A stretch of 64,000 nucleotides of DNA from Dimorphilus gyrociliatus (GCA_904063045.1 CAJFCJ010000005.1:420685-484684), one strand, 5' to 3'. Counted from the stretch's first letter, positions 54,201 through 64,000 are shown. Numbers and translations: made by a program. The notes: generated by a model from the sequence alone, not told the origin.

Positions 54201-54491
54201 ATATGCATTCATTTGGCTATACTAGTGGAGGATTATTGAAAAATTTCATATTTTTTAAGGTTAAAGGCAAATAAAATACTTTCTATTCATACAAGTAAAT
54301 ACACTTTTTAGAAAATCAATTTAAAAGAAGAATATTTCTTTTCATCGGCGTCTCTTCAAGTTTTACAGGATATTTATGATGAAAAGAAAGATATTTTATT
54401 CTTTGGTAACTTCATAAAGTCATCATTAAAGAATAATTATAGACTTTATTATAAAGATTTTGTATTAAATCAATCTATACAATATTTATGA
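48291..54491 (+). CDS. GRL101-type receptor B: same architecture, degenerate 7TM, kinase-like tail
   Basis: First exon homologous to A (FGPLEIRNNG..MCTKMGYD..CPEF); lectin-like CYKLYK..ANQICK; several LDLa repeats; LRRs; 7TM lacking ERY/CWxP/NPxxY; stop TGA at 54489-54491. Confidence 0.8.
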
Positions 54492-55252
54492 ATTATCATT
54501 GATTTATTTTAAGTTTTGATATCTCTCCACTTTAATTGTATAACAGAATGCAATATCTGACAATAGTCCTGACAAACAACTATAGCAACAGTTTTAATGA
54601 TTTAATAATTGTACAGTATATCAATATAAGACAAGTTTGCGAATTTAGTGGCACAAGAGTGATGATTGTCAGACAATACCTTCTACCAATAAAACATTTT
54701 TCCATTTTAGGCTCTAAAACCGAATTGAATTCTATAAACAGAGCATGATTAAGTGATTGAATGATTGATAGCTTTGAATTATTAACAACCCTGTCTATTT
54801 TCTCCAATATACTCTTCGTCTCATGATATAGTCATTATCATCAGATTATTATCTTCTTTGTCTAGTTTCATCAGTGTGGTTACAATATAAACAGTAAATG
54901 TATAGATATCTTCAAGATGTATTAATTGCTTGTATACAGTCAGCTTTTTTTTAAATTAGTTAAGTATTAGATATTAATAATATTCAGTTAAATATATTGA
55001 ATAATGGGTGAATATTATAACTATAACTTTGAATTTTCTGCTATTTTCTTAATAAACTAAAAGATTGTGTAACAATGAATTCAATAAAATATCCTTTCTA
55101 GTTCATATTTCAAAAGTTCTTTTTCTAACTCATTTTACATATGTAAATTTATTGATTGTTCAAACATCAATATAATCACCAAGTTGAATTTTAATTATTT
55201 ATACTTACAATGACAATTGTATAGGATAAATAGCAAAACTGCCTTGTTGTAT

Positions 55253-56424
55253 TTAAAGTATTTTTGTTATTTCGCATATCTTCATTCTTTCTTCATAATC
55301 TTGAGAATTTACATAGACAGCTTGGCATTTCTTACCTCTACAATTACAACTGAAATTGCAACTTGTAGCATTTACACTTTGCAAGTCACATGAAAGGTAA
55401 TTTCCTTCAAATACTGCATTTATTTGGTGATCAAGTGGAACATAAACAATAATATTACTTCCAGTCAGAGTTAAAATTCTAGAATTATAACAATTCAAAT
55501 TTTCACCATCAATTCTAATAGAAAAATTATGATTAGCAGATCCCGAGGTTGGCCAAGGAAATCTTATTTTTAATGGAGTGCTTGTAATAGTTTTACAAGT
55601 GGTTAATTGTTTATCAAACATAGCATGATTTGTCAAAAATGTTTTTATATTATCTATTTCATTAATCATCAAATTTCCAGCAAAGCATGTAGTTTTATCA
55701 TATTCTTTATTCAGGTTATTCAGATCACCAGTCTTTTAAAGTATAATAGAGATTAGAGAAAACCTTTGTCAGTTTTATTAACTTACTTTTAGTTCTATAT
55801 TTGTTGCAGAAAAAACAACAACTTTATCATTTGCAACAGCATAAGTAATAGCTTGTGTTTTTTCGGCAGTTGTATAAACTGAATCAACTGATTGATCCAT
55901 ACCTCCAATGAAGCAGCTTAATTGATTGTCAATTAAATTATGATGAACCCCATAATTCACTAACTGCTGGTAATTTTCACATTGGTGTTTTAGCCAACAA
56001 TGATTAGTAGTACTTGTCAGGACAGCCATACAGTTGCTAACAAGATCACAATGATATAGACAATCTTCAATTGACCCTTTCTGTTCATCAATTATATCCG
56101 AGCCAGAACAATCCCAATTATCCTTATACTTTTTAAAACCCGGAAATTCATTCTTTGACAAATAGCAACCATATCCAGTTTCGTGACATAAATTTCCAGC
56201 ATCGCAGAGTGATTTTGCATCGTTTTTATCTGATATAAACAACAATAGATATTGAAAAAAAGAAATATAATAGAACACTTGTCATTATCTATTTTTACTC
56301 TTTTACCTCCAACATATACTCTTAAATCTGCACCAATATTGCATATATCTTCAGTAGAATATTGAAACATCTTAAAAAAGAATACCAAACAAATCAGTCT
56401 TGGATAAACTTGCTCATTATCCAT
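55253..56424 (-). CDS. Secreted PAN/Apple-domain protein with Cys-rich C-terminal domain (multi-exon)
   Basis: Signal-like RLICLVFFFKMFQYS; DCSGSDI..EDCLYHCDLVSNCMAV..CWLK (Apple); C-terminal CNFSCNCRGKKCQAVYV..ICEI. Confidence 0.65.
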
Positions 56425-56804
56425 TATATAGTTTTTCATACTGAACATTTAAAAAAAGATATACAGTATTTCACAAGCCAGAGTTGTTAACGTTCAATTG
56501 TCGACTCTATTTGCAAATATTTGATTCTAACGTAGAGATGAATATAAAATTGATATCTTTTATGAATAATTGAAAATCTCACTATAAAGCTTTTATTAAC
56601 ATTCGCCTTTTGCTTTAAATTTAAATTAAGGCTGCTTTGAAAATTATTACCAAGAAGATTGTGTTTGAATCTAGTTGTATTATCATATCATTTTAACTTT
56701 TCCAATTAAATGGAACATTTTAAATCCAAATTGGCAAGCAGACAACGGACGGATTTTGCTATTAAATATAGAACAAATTATTTATTGCATAGTATCTATA
56801 ATTT

Positions 56805-57009
56805 GGATACGACAGAAAACGTCCCCGAATTCATGGTTTAACCCTAACCCTAACCTAGCCCTTGTCTCTCTAACCTTTTTGATTACCCCTAACCCTTAGA
56901 TGGAACCCCCCTAACTACAAATCAAAAGCTACTTTACTCCTGCTAACCATTTTTCAATCCGAAATCTTGCTTTCAAAAAACTCACTTGGGGACGTTTTCT
57001 GTCGGCCCC
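56805..57009. mobile_element. 205-bp MITE-like element with 22-bp TIRs, 8-bp TSD and internal TAACCC repeats
   Basis: TIRs GGATACGACAGAAAACGTCCCC / GGGGACGTTTTCTGTCGGCCCC (19/22); TATAATTT at 56797-56804 and 57010-57017; TAACCCTAACCCTAACC at 56839-56855. Confidence 0.8.
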
Positions 57010-58540
57010 TATAATTTATTTTATATAAAAACTATTGCATATATTCTCCTATATTCTCTTGAATGTTCATTAAAGATGGACGTTCAATTAAAAATAGACT
57101 TCGCAGAAAAAATTATCCTATTATTTTTGATAGGATAAAAAAAAAACTGCTATTAACAATGCTTCGATACTTCGTTATTTACGTTCAATTAACATTGCTA
57201 GTTTCAAGCATTGAAGATAATATTCAATTGGAATGCATAACGCACGTGTTTTTTAAAGGTTGGAGAGGAAGAGGAGTAGAAAAATCTCTAAGTAGATCTT
57301 GACGAAACATAACTTTCCATCTATAAAGTTGAATTTTCAATTATAAGAAAAGTATTAACAATATTTAAGAATAGAAAACGTCTCTTTTGGTTCATTTTTT
57401 TTCTTCCAGTGTTTCTTTAGAAATGCTTTTTTGTATGAAAAAAACAAAAAACATCCAAATATTTTGCACCATTAGGAAATTTTTGGCTGTACGATCAAAA
57501 AGGAATTTCTAGCAGGCCAAGGATGGATGATTACTATAGAAAATATTTAAACCATATTCCATTGAGTCATGATGAGAAATCCAAATAGTTGTGAATCATT
57601 GTAGCATTTGACTTTGGAGCAGATTTCATTCGTTGACAGTTGAGAGGGTTGAAGAATGGAGAGTTGTTAAAGTTAAAAGGAAAACGAGAGGGTAGGAATT
57701 CAATAGTAGTAATTTAATAGAAAACTTGAGGGAGGAAGAAGTGAGAATCTGAAAATTCCTTTACCACAAACACACAATAGAAAAGGCAGCAAGTGTTCAA
57801 ACAAAATCCATATTTAGAAAAGTTGAAAGACAACACCAAAAAACACCAGAATACAAATGATATTAATAATCCAAAAAATCCACTATACTAATCCACTTGG
57901 TATAAAAAAATGTAGAAAAAGCTAAATATGCTAAAAGTTTAAAAAAAGCTTTTTTTTCAAGAGTTTACCACCAAAAAGGATTGGGAGAAAATCATCTAAA
58001 TTCCTTCTATCTTTAGGATATAAAAGTATAGAAAAAATTGATAAAAAATGGTAAGGAATAGCTGGTTATTATCTTTTTCTTTACTTTGTTACTAACTAAT
58101 CTCTTTACCTGATTTTTGTTTCTTTTTTTTATTTCATGCTATTTTGTTTAAGAACAAAATGAAAAGACATTAATCTAATTGTGAACTAATAGACAATAAT
58201 CAGTATTAAAAGAAAGTGTTGAGGGATAAAAACTTCAATTTTACTAATATCAAGTGATTGGTTAAGTAAAGGAAAGTTTAAAATAAAAAACTAACTTTGA
58301 GTAGCTGCTTCTGCTCATTCTTAAAATGATCAATAGTATTAAAATTTAAAAATTACGAAAATAATGAATATGTTAAAAATTGGATAGTTTTGAGTAGAGC
58401 AGACCGTTAGAGTCTAAGCAGCTACTGAAGAGTGTAATCTAACTCGTCTCTCTTATATATGCTACAAAGTACAGTAATTTCTAGAAAATATTGCGCAATT
58501 TTCCTTGCTCATCTAGGTACTTTTACTATATGTAACTATT

Positions 58541-58571
58541 GGGAAATCCCTTAGTAGGCACGATGAGTCAT
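58541..58571. promoter_or_regulatory. Adjacent NF-kB (GGGAAATCCC) and AP-1 (ATGAGTCAT) consensus sites
   Basis: Exact consensus matches at 58541-58550 and 58563-58571. Confidence 0.4.
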
Positions 58572-58735
58572 CTCTACCGCTTATTCACAAGTAATATATC
58601 ATAGGAATGACTAATCTGGAAAAAGAAATCGTATTCCGTACGAAAAGTAAACGTAACAAATACGTAAAAATTTCATAATCTCTAATCTTTGTATTCAAAC
58701 ATTATTGATTTTAATTGAAAAACAATTAAAAATAA

Positions 58736-61249
58736 TTATTGATTGAATTGAATTTGTTGTTCAAGTTGATGTTTTAATTTAGATATTTCATTAAAAATAT
58801 CAGAATTTGTTGTAATTTCTATAGAATTATTTAAAACTGTTACGCAAGCCTTTTTATACATACTGAAAGCGTTATAAGAGACGTTTCTCAAACGTTTACC
58901 ATTCAGAATATTTGCTTTTATTGTACAATCAACGAAATTTCTCTTCCTGTTTATCATCCGTAATATTTGTTTGTCTTTTGAAATATTGTTTGTCGGCTTT
59001 ACACCTTTATCTTGTTGTTTTGAATGATTTCTACAGATTTTTAATAATTGAATTAAAAGGAGAAACGGTAGAGATGCAATAAGTATAAATAGAATGATTA
59101 TGTTGAGAGGAGGAGGTATAAAGTTCTCGTGGCTGTGCTCTATATATTTATTAACGTTTCTCGTTGCTAATATTAGATGAGCGGTATCTTGAATATACGT
59201 ATAGGAATTACTTAATTTAGCAATTAAGAGATTCATAAGTAGGACGTTCGTTGCAATAAGGTAACAAGCAACAATAACATATAATAGCCACGGTATTTTT
59301 TCAACAGTTTTCAACTTTAAATCATCGTTTAATTGGTCTAAATTGAGTTCACCGAATATTCTCCAGAATTGGGGTAATATTATTTCACCAGTAATATTTC
59401 CAATAGAATCACTTTGTATTGACCAAGAACCGGCTACTCCGTGATAAGCAACTCCGAACGTTATGATAAATAGGAAAACTATTATGGAAAATTCCAAAAT
59501 ATGAAAAAATACCACTCTCATTGCCGGGATAATATGACTGAAAAAGCTTATAAATGTCATAAATTTAAGGAATTTTATCAAAGCAAAAAGTAAGGTTAGA
59601 GCGTAGGAAATTCTTGCGTAGATGAATGATTCATTGTTCAATTGGCGTTTAAGGATAATTGAAATTAGGAAGGTTAATAAAAATAATAAATCAACCAAAT
59701 TAAAATCCCATTTATGATAGAAGAGAAATACGTTTTTTGTGAATTTAAACATATAGAATTGATAACCAGAATATGGATTTGCTACGCTCTTTTTCAATAG
59801 TTTGTAATATTTCCAATGTTTTCTAAATGAAATATACAACTGTTGTAATTCTTCTATTACGTAACCAATGCCTAAAATAGGTAAAATTATCTCGGAAGCA
59901 CTTGTTTTTTCATTATTTGACAAAGGACGAAGTTCAATTAATATAAAATAGCTTAATAATGATAAAAATCCAACGTCGAATAGTAATTTCATAATGAATA
60001 ATAGGTATAAAGGAATTTTTAGTTTGTCGTTGAATAATACAAGATGCTTGTTTCTAATAAATTCATCAATTCGAGGTTCTACTATCAAATTTTTAGTGTT
60101 ACAACTACTTAATAATTCCACGAAATTTGAATTATTTTCAATAGGATGATCCTTATCTAATGAAACTTTTAAAAGAGAATTATTTACTCCGTTTAGGTTG
60201 TTGAAGATTTTTTGAGCCAGTGTAGAATACTTCCCGTAGAGAACTTTGTAATTTTTTGCCAGTGACATCTGGTGGAATCGTCTACTCATCTTTACTAATC
60301 CTTTAAAACAGCTTGCAACTATAATACAAGCAACAACCGAATTTGTGTTTGCTATAAGAACATCAATTAAGTCTGGGTTACAAGATAAAATGGCGAATAT
60401 TATAAGATCCCAAATATGATTATCTCTCTTTCTATCCTTCTCTTTTAGCGGTATGTATAACATTAGAGTATACTCTCCGCACAACTTGTGTAGAATGAGT
60501 GATAATTTCTCTTTTATAGTTAAATTATCCCTTCTCGCTTTCACAATAATTTCTTTATATATAATACTTGTTAGTACTGTTTGTATGTCAGTGGCAAACT
60601 TTGATGAATTTTCCCTTTTGTTATCAAGTAAAAACTGGAATAAGATTTTTAAATCTTCTAGTGTTATTGATAAGAAATTTGTTGGAGAAACTTTTATCGG
60701 CGGTTCAAAATAATCAGTTTCTTGAATGCACGTTGAAAAGATAGTAGATAGATGGGAAGATTGAAAGAAAATATTACTTTTGAATGCATTTGCTAATTGT
60801 CTCTCATCGTCGGAAGGTAACAGAGTTTTACTTCTTTGCAGGATATTCTCATCAAGTGTACATACAAATCCCGTTTTGAATACATCTTTAAAGAACTTGT
60901 AACTTTCTTCAGTATTCAATTCAAATTTTGAGAATGTATCCTGATTCTTGATTGAATTCTCGTATAGATTAAACGATTGGCTAGAATTTAAACATTCAAG
61001 CGATTCTATCCACTCTTTATTCTCATCACTATTACGTCCTTGAAAAAATATTGTACTGCAAATGTTTAATTGTTGATTAAGGTTTGAATTTTGCGGTTTC
61101 AAGTTAAAAGTTTCGTATAGTTCAGTATCATCATTTTCCTTAATTAAATACAAATTACGGAAAATATCATCATCGGCTATTAAATTCTTGTAATTAAGTA
61201 TCAAATGTTGAAATTTTTCCATTAATTTATCATCATATCTCTTTGGCAA
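58736..61249 (-). CDS. TRPM-family cation channel-like protein (main exon; N-terminus probably in 61499-61964)
   Basis: MHR4-like WDLIIFAIL..ACIIVAS; six TM segments; pore FWRIFGE; S6 NVLLMNLLIA; PPPLNII; C-terminal coiled coil; no NUDT9H domain. Confidence 0.85.
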   Translation of the reverse strand: MPKRYDDKLMEKFQHLILNYKNLIADDDIFRNLYLIKENDDTELYETFNLKPQNSNLNQQLNICSTIFFQGRNSDENKEWIESLECLNSSQSFNLYENSIKNQDTFSKFELNTEESYKFFKDVFKTGFVCTLDENILQRSKTLLPSDDERQLANAFKSNIFFQSSHLSTIFSTCIQETDYFEPPIKVSPTNFLSITLEDLKILFQFLLDNKRENSSKFATDIQTVLTSIIYKEIIVKARRDNLTIKEKLSLILHKLCGEYTLMLYIPLKEKDRKRDNHIWDLIIFAILSCNPDLIDVLIANTNSVVACIIVASCFKGLVKMSRRFHQMSLAKNYKVLYGKYSTLAQKIFNNLNGVNNSLLKVSLDKDHPIENNSNFVELLSSCNTKNLIVEPRIDEFIRNKHLVLFNDKLKIPLYLLFIMKLLFDVGFLSLLSYFILIELRPLSNNEKTSASEIILPILGIGYVIEELQQLYISFRKHWKYYKLLKKSVANPYSGYQFYMFKFTKNVFLFYHKWDFNLVDLLFLLTFLISIILKRQLNNESFIYARISYALTLLFALIKFLKFMTFISFFSHIIPAMRVVFFHILEFSIIVFLFIITFGVAYHGVAGSWSIQSDSIGNITGEIILPQFWRIFGELNLDQLNDDLKLKTVEKIPWLLYVIVACYLIATNVLLMNLLIAKLSNSYTYIQDTAHLILATRNVNKYIEHSHENFIPPPLNIIILFILIASLPFLLLIQLLKICRNHSKQQDKGVKPTNNISKDKQILRMINRKRNFVDCTIKANILNGKRLRNVSYNAFSMYKKACVTVLNNSIEITTNSDIFNEISKLKHQLEQQIQFNQ

Positions 61250-61363
61250 CCAATTAAAAGTTATGATATAATCCGCAAGTTCTAATACATTTATCCATTT
61301 GCTTTATCAATTAAAGTAGATTTTTAAAAAACCTTTATAATCCTTTACTTATTGTTCTTTTAT

Positions 61364-61444
61364 GGAGTTGATGGAAAAGGTCAAAAAGCTGGGTTAGGGT
61401 TAGGGTAAAAAAACATAGATTTGTGAACATTTTCCATGAAATCC
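61364..61444. mobile_element. 81-bp TIR element containing GGGTTAGGGTTAGGGT
   Basis: GGAGTTGATGGAAAA / TTTTCCATGAAATCC (13/15 inverted match); telomere-like motif at 61391-61406; TSD weak. Confidence 0.5.
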
Positions 61445-61498
61445 ATTTTTTATTTGTTAAATTAAAAATAAGCTAGATTTTCTCATTGTTTTAAATAT

Positions 61499-61867
61499 CT
61501 ACTTTAAATCGTCTTTGCCAGCTTCGTTAAAAATTAGGCCAAGATGAGAGAGAATAAGTAAAAAATCATTTAATCCTTCTTCCGAATTAATATTTGGAAT
61601 AAAATTCTGATATGCACAGATTATTAATGAATTTCTTTCAAGTTCATTAAAATTTATAATATTCGATAGATTAAGTACTAAATCATCCGTAGAATCTGAT
61701 TCTAGGTTATAAACGTCCTTCTCCTTTACATTTATTATTACTAGTTGCAAATTATTATCGACTTCTTCACCTAAATTACAGGCTTCTGAAAGAAAATTAT
61801 CCGATGAAATATCCAAATTATTGGTTAACCTTTGACATATTGCTTCTTTAATAGGACTTTGAAACAT
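61499..61867 (-). CDS. Probable upstream exon of the TRPM-like gene
   Basis: 122-codon ORF ending in a GT donor (AA/GTAGAT), co-oriented and about 250 bp upstream of the channel exon; no motif recognised. Confidence 0.4.
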   Translation of the reverse strand: MFQSPIKEAICQRLTNNLDISSDNFLSEACNLGEEVDNNLQLVIINVKEKDVYNLESDSTDDLVLNLSNIINFNELERNSLIICAYQNFIPNINSEEGLNDFLLILSHLGLIFNEAGKDDLK

Positions 61868-62161
61868 AACTCTCTCTCAAATTGAGCACAAATATAGCAT
61901 ATGTGTAGGGAAGATTTCCTTTTGTATATTTGTATTGTTTATATTTCACTATGGCTTCAATCATGGCGGTAGACTTGGCTGATCAATGATGAAAACTTGA
62001 AAAATTTCTTCTTCTAAACTTGAAAAGGGAATAAATGACAATTACATTATTCAGCGAATGTATAAACTTTTTATCTATTGATTTATTAACGCAAACAACT
62101 ATGCATATTCAAGTTAATCAAGTAAAGAATAGTATAAAGTGTAGCGAAACACAATTATTTA

Positions 62162-64000
62162 TTAAACCCAACAATAATCCTCCTTAAACCCTTCTTTTGT
62201 TTGCATAGTATTATATATTTGTAGATTCCCTTCATTATTATAGTTAAGCGTAGATTCGATATACGTCAGATTAAGATAACGAAGACACGGCCTTTCTTCA
62301 TTAATTTTACTTATCAAACACATGTCGATATCACAATAATCCAAACCAAGATATTCAAGATCTGAGCAATGTTTTACAACATTTTCTAAAATTTTTCTTC
62401 CTTCTGAACGATTGATGTTATTTGATTTTATTGAGAATGATTTCAATTTTTTTGAGTATTCCAAAAACTGGACGATATCAATTACTAACTCATTTGTTAG
62501 CTTACTATTATCCATAGATAATGTAGTTAGATTAGTGCTTTTTCTTAAAAATTTAAGGAGTTGCGAAGCTGAATCATTATTTATATTGTTCTTATTTATG
62601 TTAAGATATTTTAAGTTGCTTAAGGCTCTTTCAATGTGTTCTCCAGAAATTTGTGTAAGCCCTACTTCTATCAATTCTAATTTAGTTAGTGAATTTATCT
62701 GAAGCATTTTTTGTACCGTTACGTTGCTCAGCTCGTTGTTACCAATAGATAAAAGTTTAAGTTTCTTTAGCCTTTGAAGTTTTTCTACTAAACTCTTAGC
62801 AACACTGTCCCGTAGTTTGTTTTCGTAGAGGAACAACTCTTTCAACGATAAGCATTTCTTCGTAATAGTTTCAAAAATTGAGAGCCATTCTTCATCTTTT
62901 ATCTTTCCATTTTCACTGAACGAAAGCATTGTCAAGTTTGAAAGTTTTTCAAAATTAGAACAGAATTCTTTAATGTTCAAAATTTCACTTTTTTGTTTTA
63001 TTTGTCTCAAAATTAACTTTTCGATAGATTTTGATTTAAAATCAAGATTTTTCAGATCATTTTTGGCTGTATCGATCATTTTTAATTGTTCATTCTTCCT
63101 TACAACTTCCCAAAATGCATTTTCACATTCACGAGATTTTAACATTGCTCTAAAACCGATAACGTTTAATGAATGAGTATATTTGTTTAACGATTGTAAA
63201 ATTGATAAACATTGTTCTTTATTCATAAGACTTGTCCCAATGTCAAAAGAATGTAGAAATATATTATTCTCAAATATTGAATTCCATATGTTTGTTTCTA
63301 TATCCTTCTGGAAGAAACAATTCCTAAAGATTATCTGTCTAAGTCTTAACTTTCGACTGAGGGCAGTTAGAATATTTGTGTCAACAACAACTGAAGATAA
63401 TCGTATACATTGCAATTTACTACTTTGTTCGATAACATTAGAAATGTACTCTATGCTGGATTGTTTATCCTTTTTTTCAAGTATACATAAATCTTGTAAT
63501 GAAGAGTAAGATTTATCCTTCCATACTTCAAATATTCCATCCATGAATATTTTAGGAATATCCGTTTCTATTAATCTAAAAGTTGTTAACTTTCCCATAT
63601 TTTCAATCAGCTTTACAAGGAAAGAGATCTTATAATTGTACATTTTAAATCGTACTTTTGATAGTTCCAGTTTACATGAACTTGTATGAAATTTTAACTT
63701 GCAAAGACTATCTGCTGTTTTCATATCAATAACTATATTATTAATATACAATTGATCAAAAGTAATTGATAGATCTGCCAGAAACTCAATATAACTGGCA
63801 CGATATCTAAACGACGACGTTTGGTTAGAGAGATATAAAACTCTGCTCTTTATCTCATTTTCTATTAAAGCTTCTACTCTCTTTAGTGTGGATTTATTAA
63901 AAGAAATTTCGTTTATCGACTCGGATAAGATAATATCTTTAAATTCGGATTTTGATGAATGTTTCCCATCATCCGGAGAATTTAAAACTTTAAGATGAGA
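62162..64000 (-). CDS. Ribonuclease-inhibitor/NLR-type LRR protein, 3' part (open to window end)
   Basis: Frame is open from 64000 (SHLKVLNS...) to TAA at 62162; 28-residue-type LRRs (LKELFLYENKLRD, LKLLSIGNNELS, LKYLNINKNNIN, LEYLGLDYC). Confidence 0.85.
   Translation of the reverse strand, partial: SHLKVLNSPDDGKHSSKSEFKDIILSESINEISFNKSTLKRVEALIENEIKSRVLYLSNQTSSFRYRASYIEFLADLSITFDQLYINNIVIDMKTADSLCKLKFHTSSCKLELSKVRFKMYNYKISFLVKLIENMGKLTTFRLIETDIPKIFMDGIFEVWKDKSYSSLQDLCILEKKDKQSSIEYISNVIEQSSKLQCIRLSSVVVDTNILTALSRKLRLRQIIFRNCFFQKDIETNIWNSIFENNIFLHSFDIGTSLMNKEQCLSILQSLNKYTHSLNVIGFRAMLKSRECENAFWEVVRKNEQLKMIDTAKNDLKNLDFKSKSIEKLILRQIKQKSEILNIKEFCSNFEKLSNLTMLSFSENGKIKDEEWLSIFETITKKCLSLKELFLYENKLRDSVAKSLVEKLQRLKKLKLLSIGNNELSNVTVQKMLQINSLTKLELIEVGLTQISGEHIERALSNLKYLNINKNNINNDSASQLLKFLRKSTNLTTLSMDNSKLTNELVIDIVQFLEYSKKLKSFSIKSNNINRSEGRKILENVVKHCSDLEYLGLDYCDIDMCLISKINEERPCLRYLNLTYIESTLNYNNEGNLQIYNTMQTKEGFKEDYCWV

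Noticed and set aside
1653-54491. Alternative genetic code or stop read-through to explain fragmented ORFs
   Set aside because: Breaks coincide with GT..AG introns whose removal restores frame in the cases traced.
54536-54807. Overlapping 70-75 aa ORFs downstream of receptor B
   Set aside because: No motif and no convincing splice link to neighbouring genes.
57063-58000. Purine-rich, TE-like stretch and the 79-aa ORF at 57063
   Set aside because: No TIR, LTR, TSD or transposase/RT motif found by eye; left unannotated.
56839-61406. TTAGGG/CCCTAA tracts as a chromosome end or fusion site
   Set aside because: Only 2-3 units each, embedded in small inverted-repeat elements with genes on both sides.
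10326-63509. Numerous short antisense ORFs (e.g. 10326-10613, 27403-27702, 43199-43588, 60453-60713, 62412-62702, 63183-63509)
   Set aside because: They lie opposite LRR or channel exons and show no independent coding signal.

Overview
AT-rich, gene-dense animal nuclear DNA with short GT-AG introns (mostly about 50-100 nt), tRNA genes lacking encoded CCA, and TTAGGG motifs. The style suggests a compact lophotrochozoan genome such as a miniaturised annelid (inference only). Left 36 kb: 5' end of a trypsin-like protease, then a tandem array of 10 highly diverged ZYG11/ZER1-like genes (VHL-box + LRR + helical C-terminus; putative Cullin-2 substrate receptors). The array is interleaved with a secreted 4-helix cytokine-like ORF, an intronless peptide GPCR, a Tc1 relic and 10 tRNA genes, two of which are identical tRNA-Ile(GAU), an anticodon eukaryotes normally avoid. 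Right 28 kb: two secreted PAN/Apple genes, a Calx-beta/ITIH-C-like gene, a head-to-head pair of giant GRL101-type LDLa-LRR-7TM receptors that both appear to end in a degenerate protein-kinase-like domain, two small TIR elements carrying telomere-like repeats, a TRPM-like channel with a degenerate TRP box, and a partial RI/NLR-type LRR ORF. Best candidates for new biology: the GPCR-pseudokinase receptor pair, the ZYG11/ZER1 array, and the Ile-GAU tRNAs. Splice sites and domain calls were made by eye without database searches, so gene spans are approximate.
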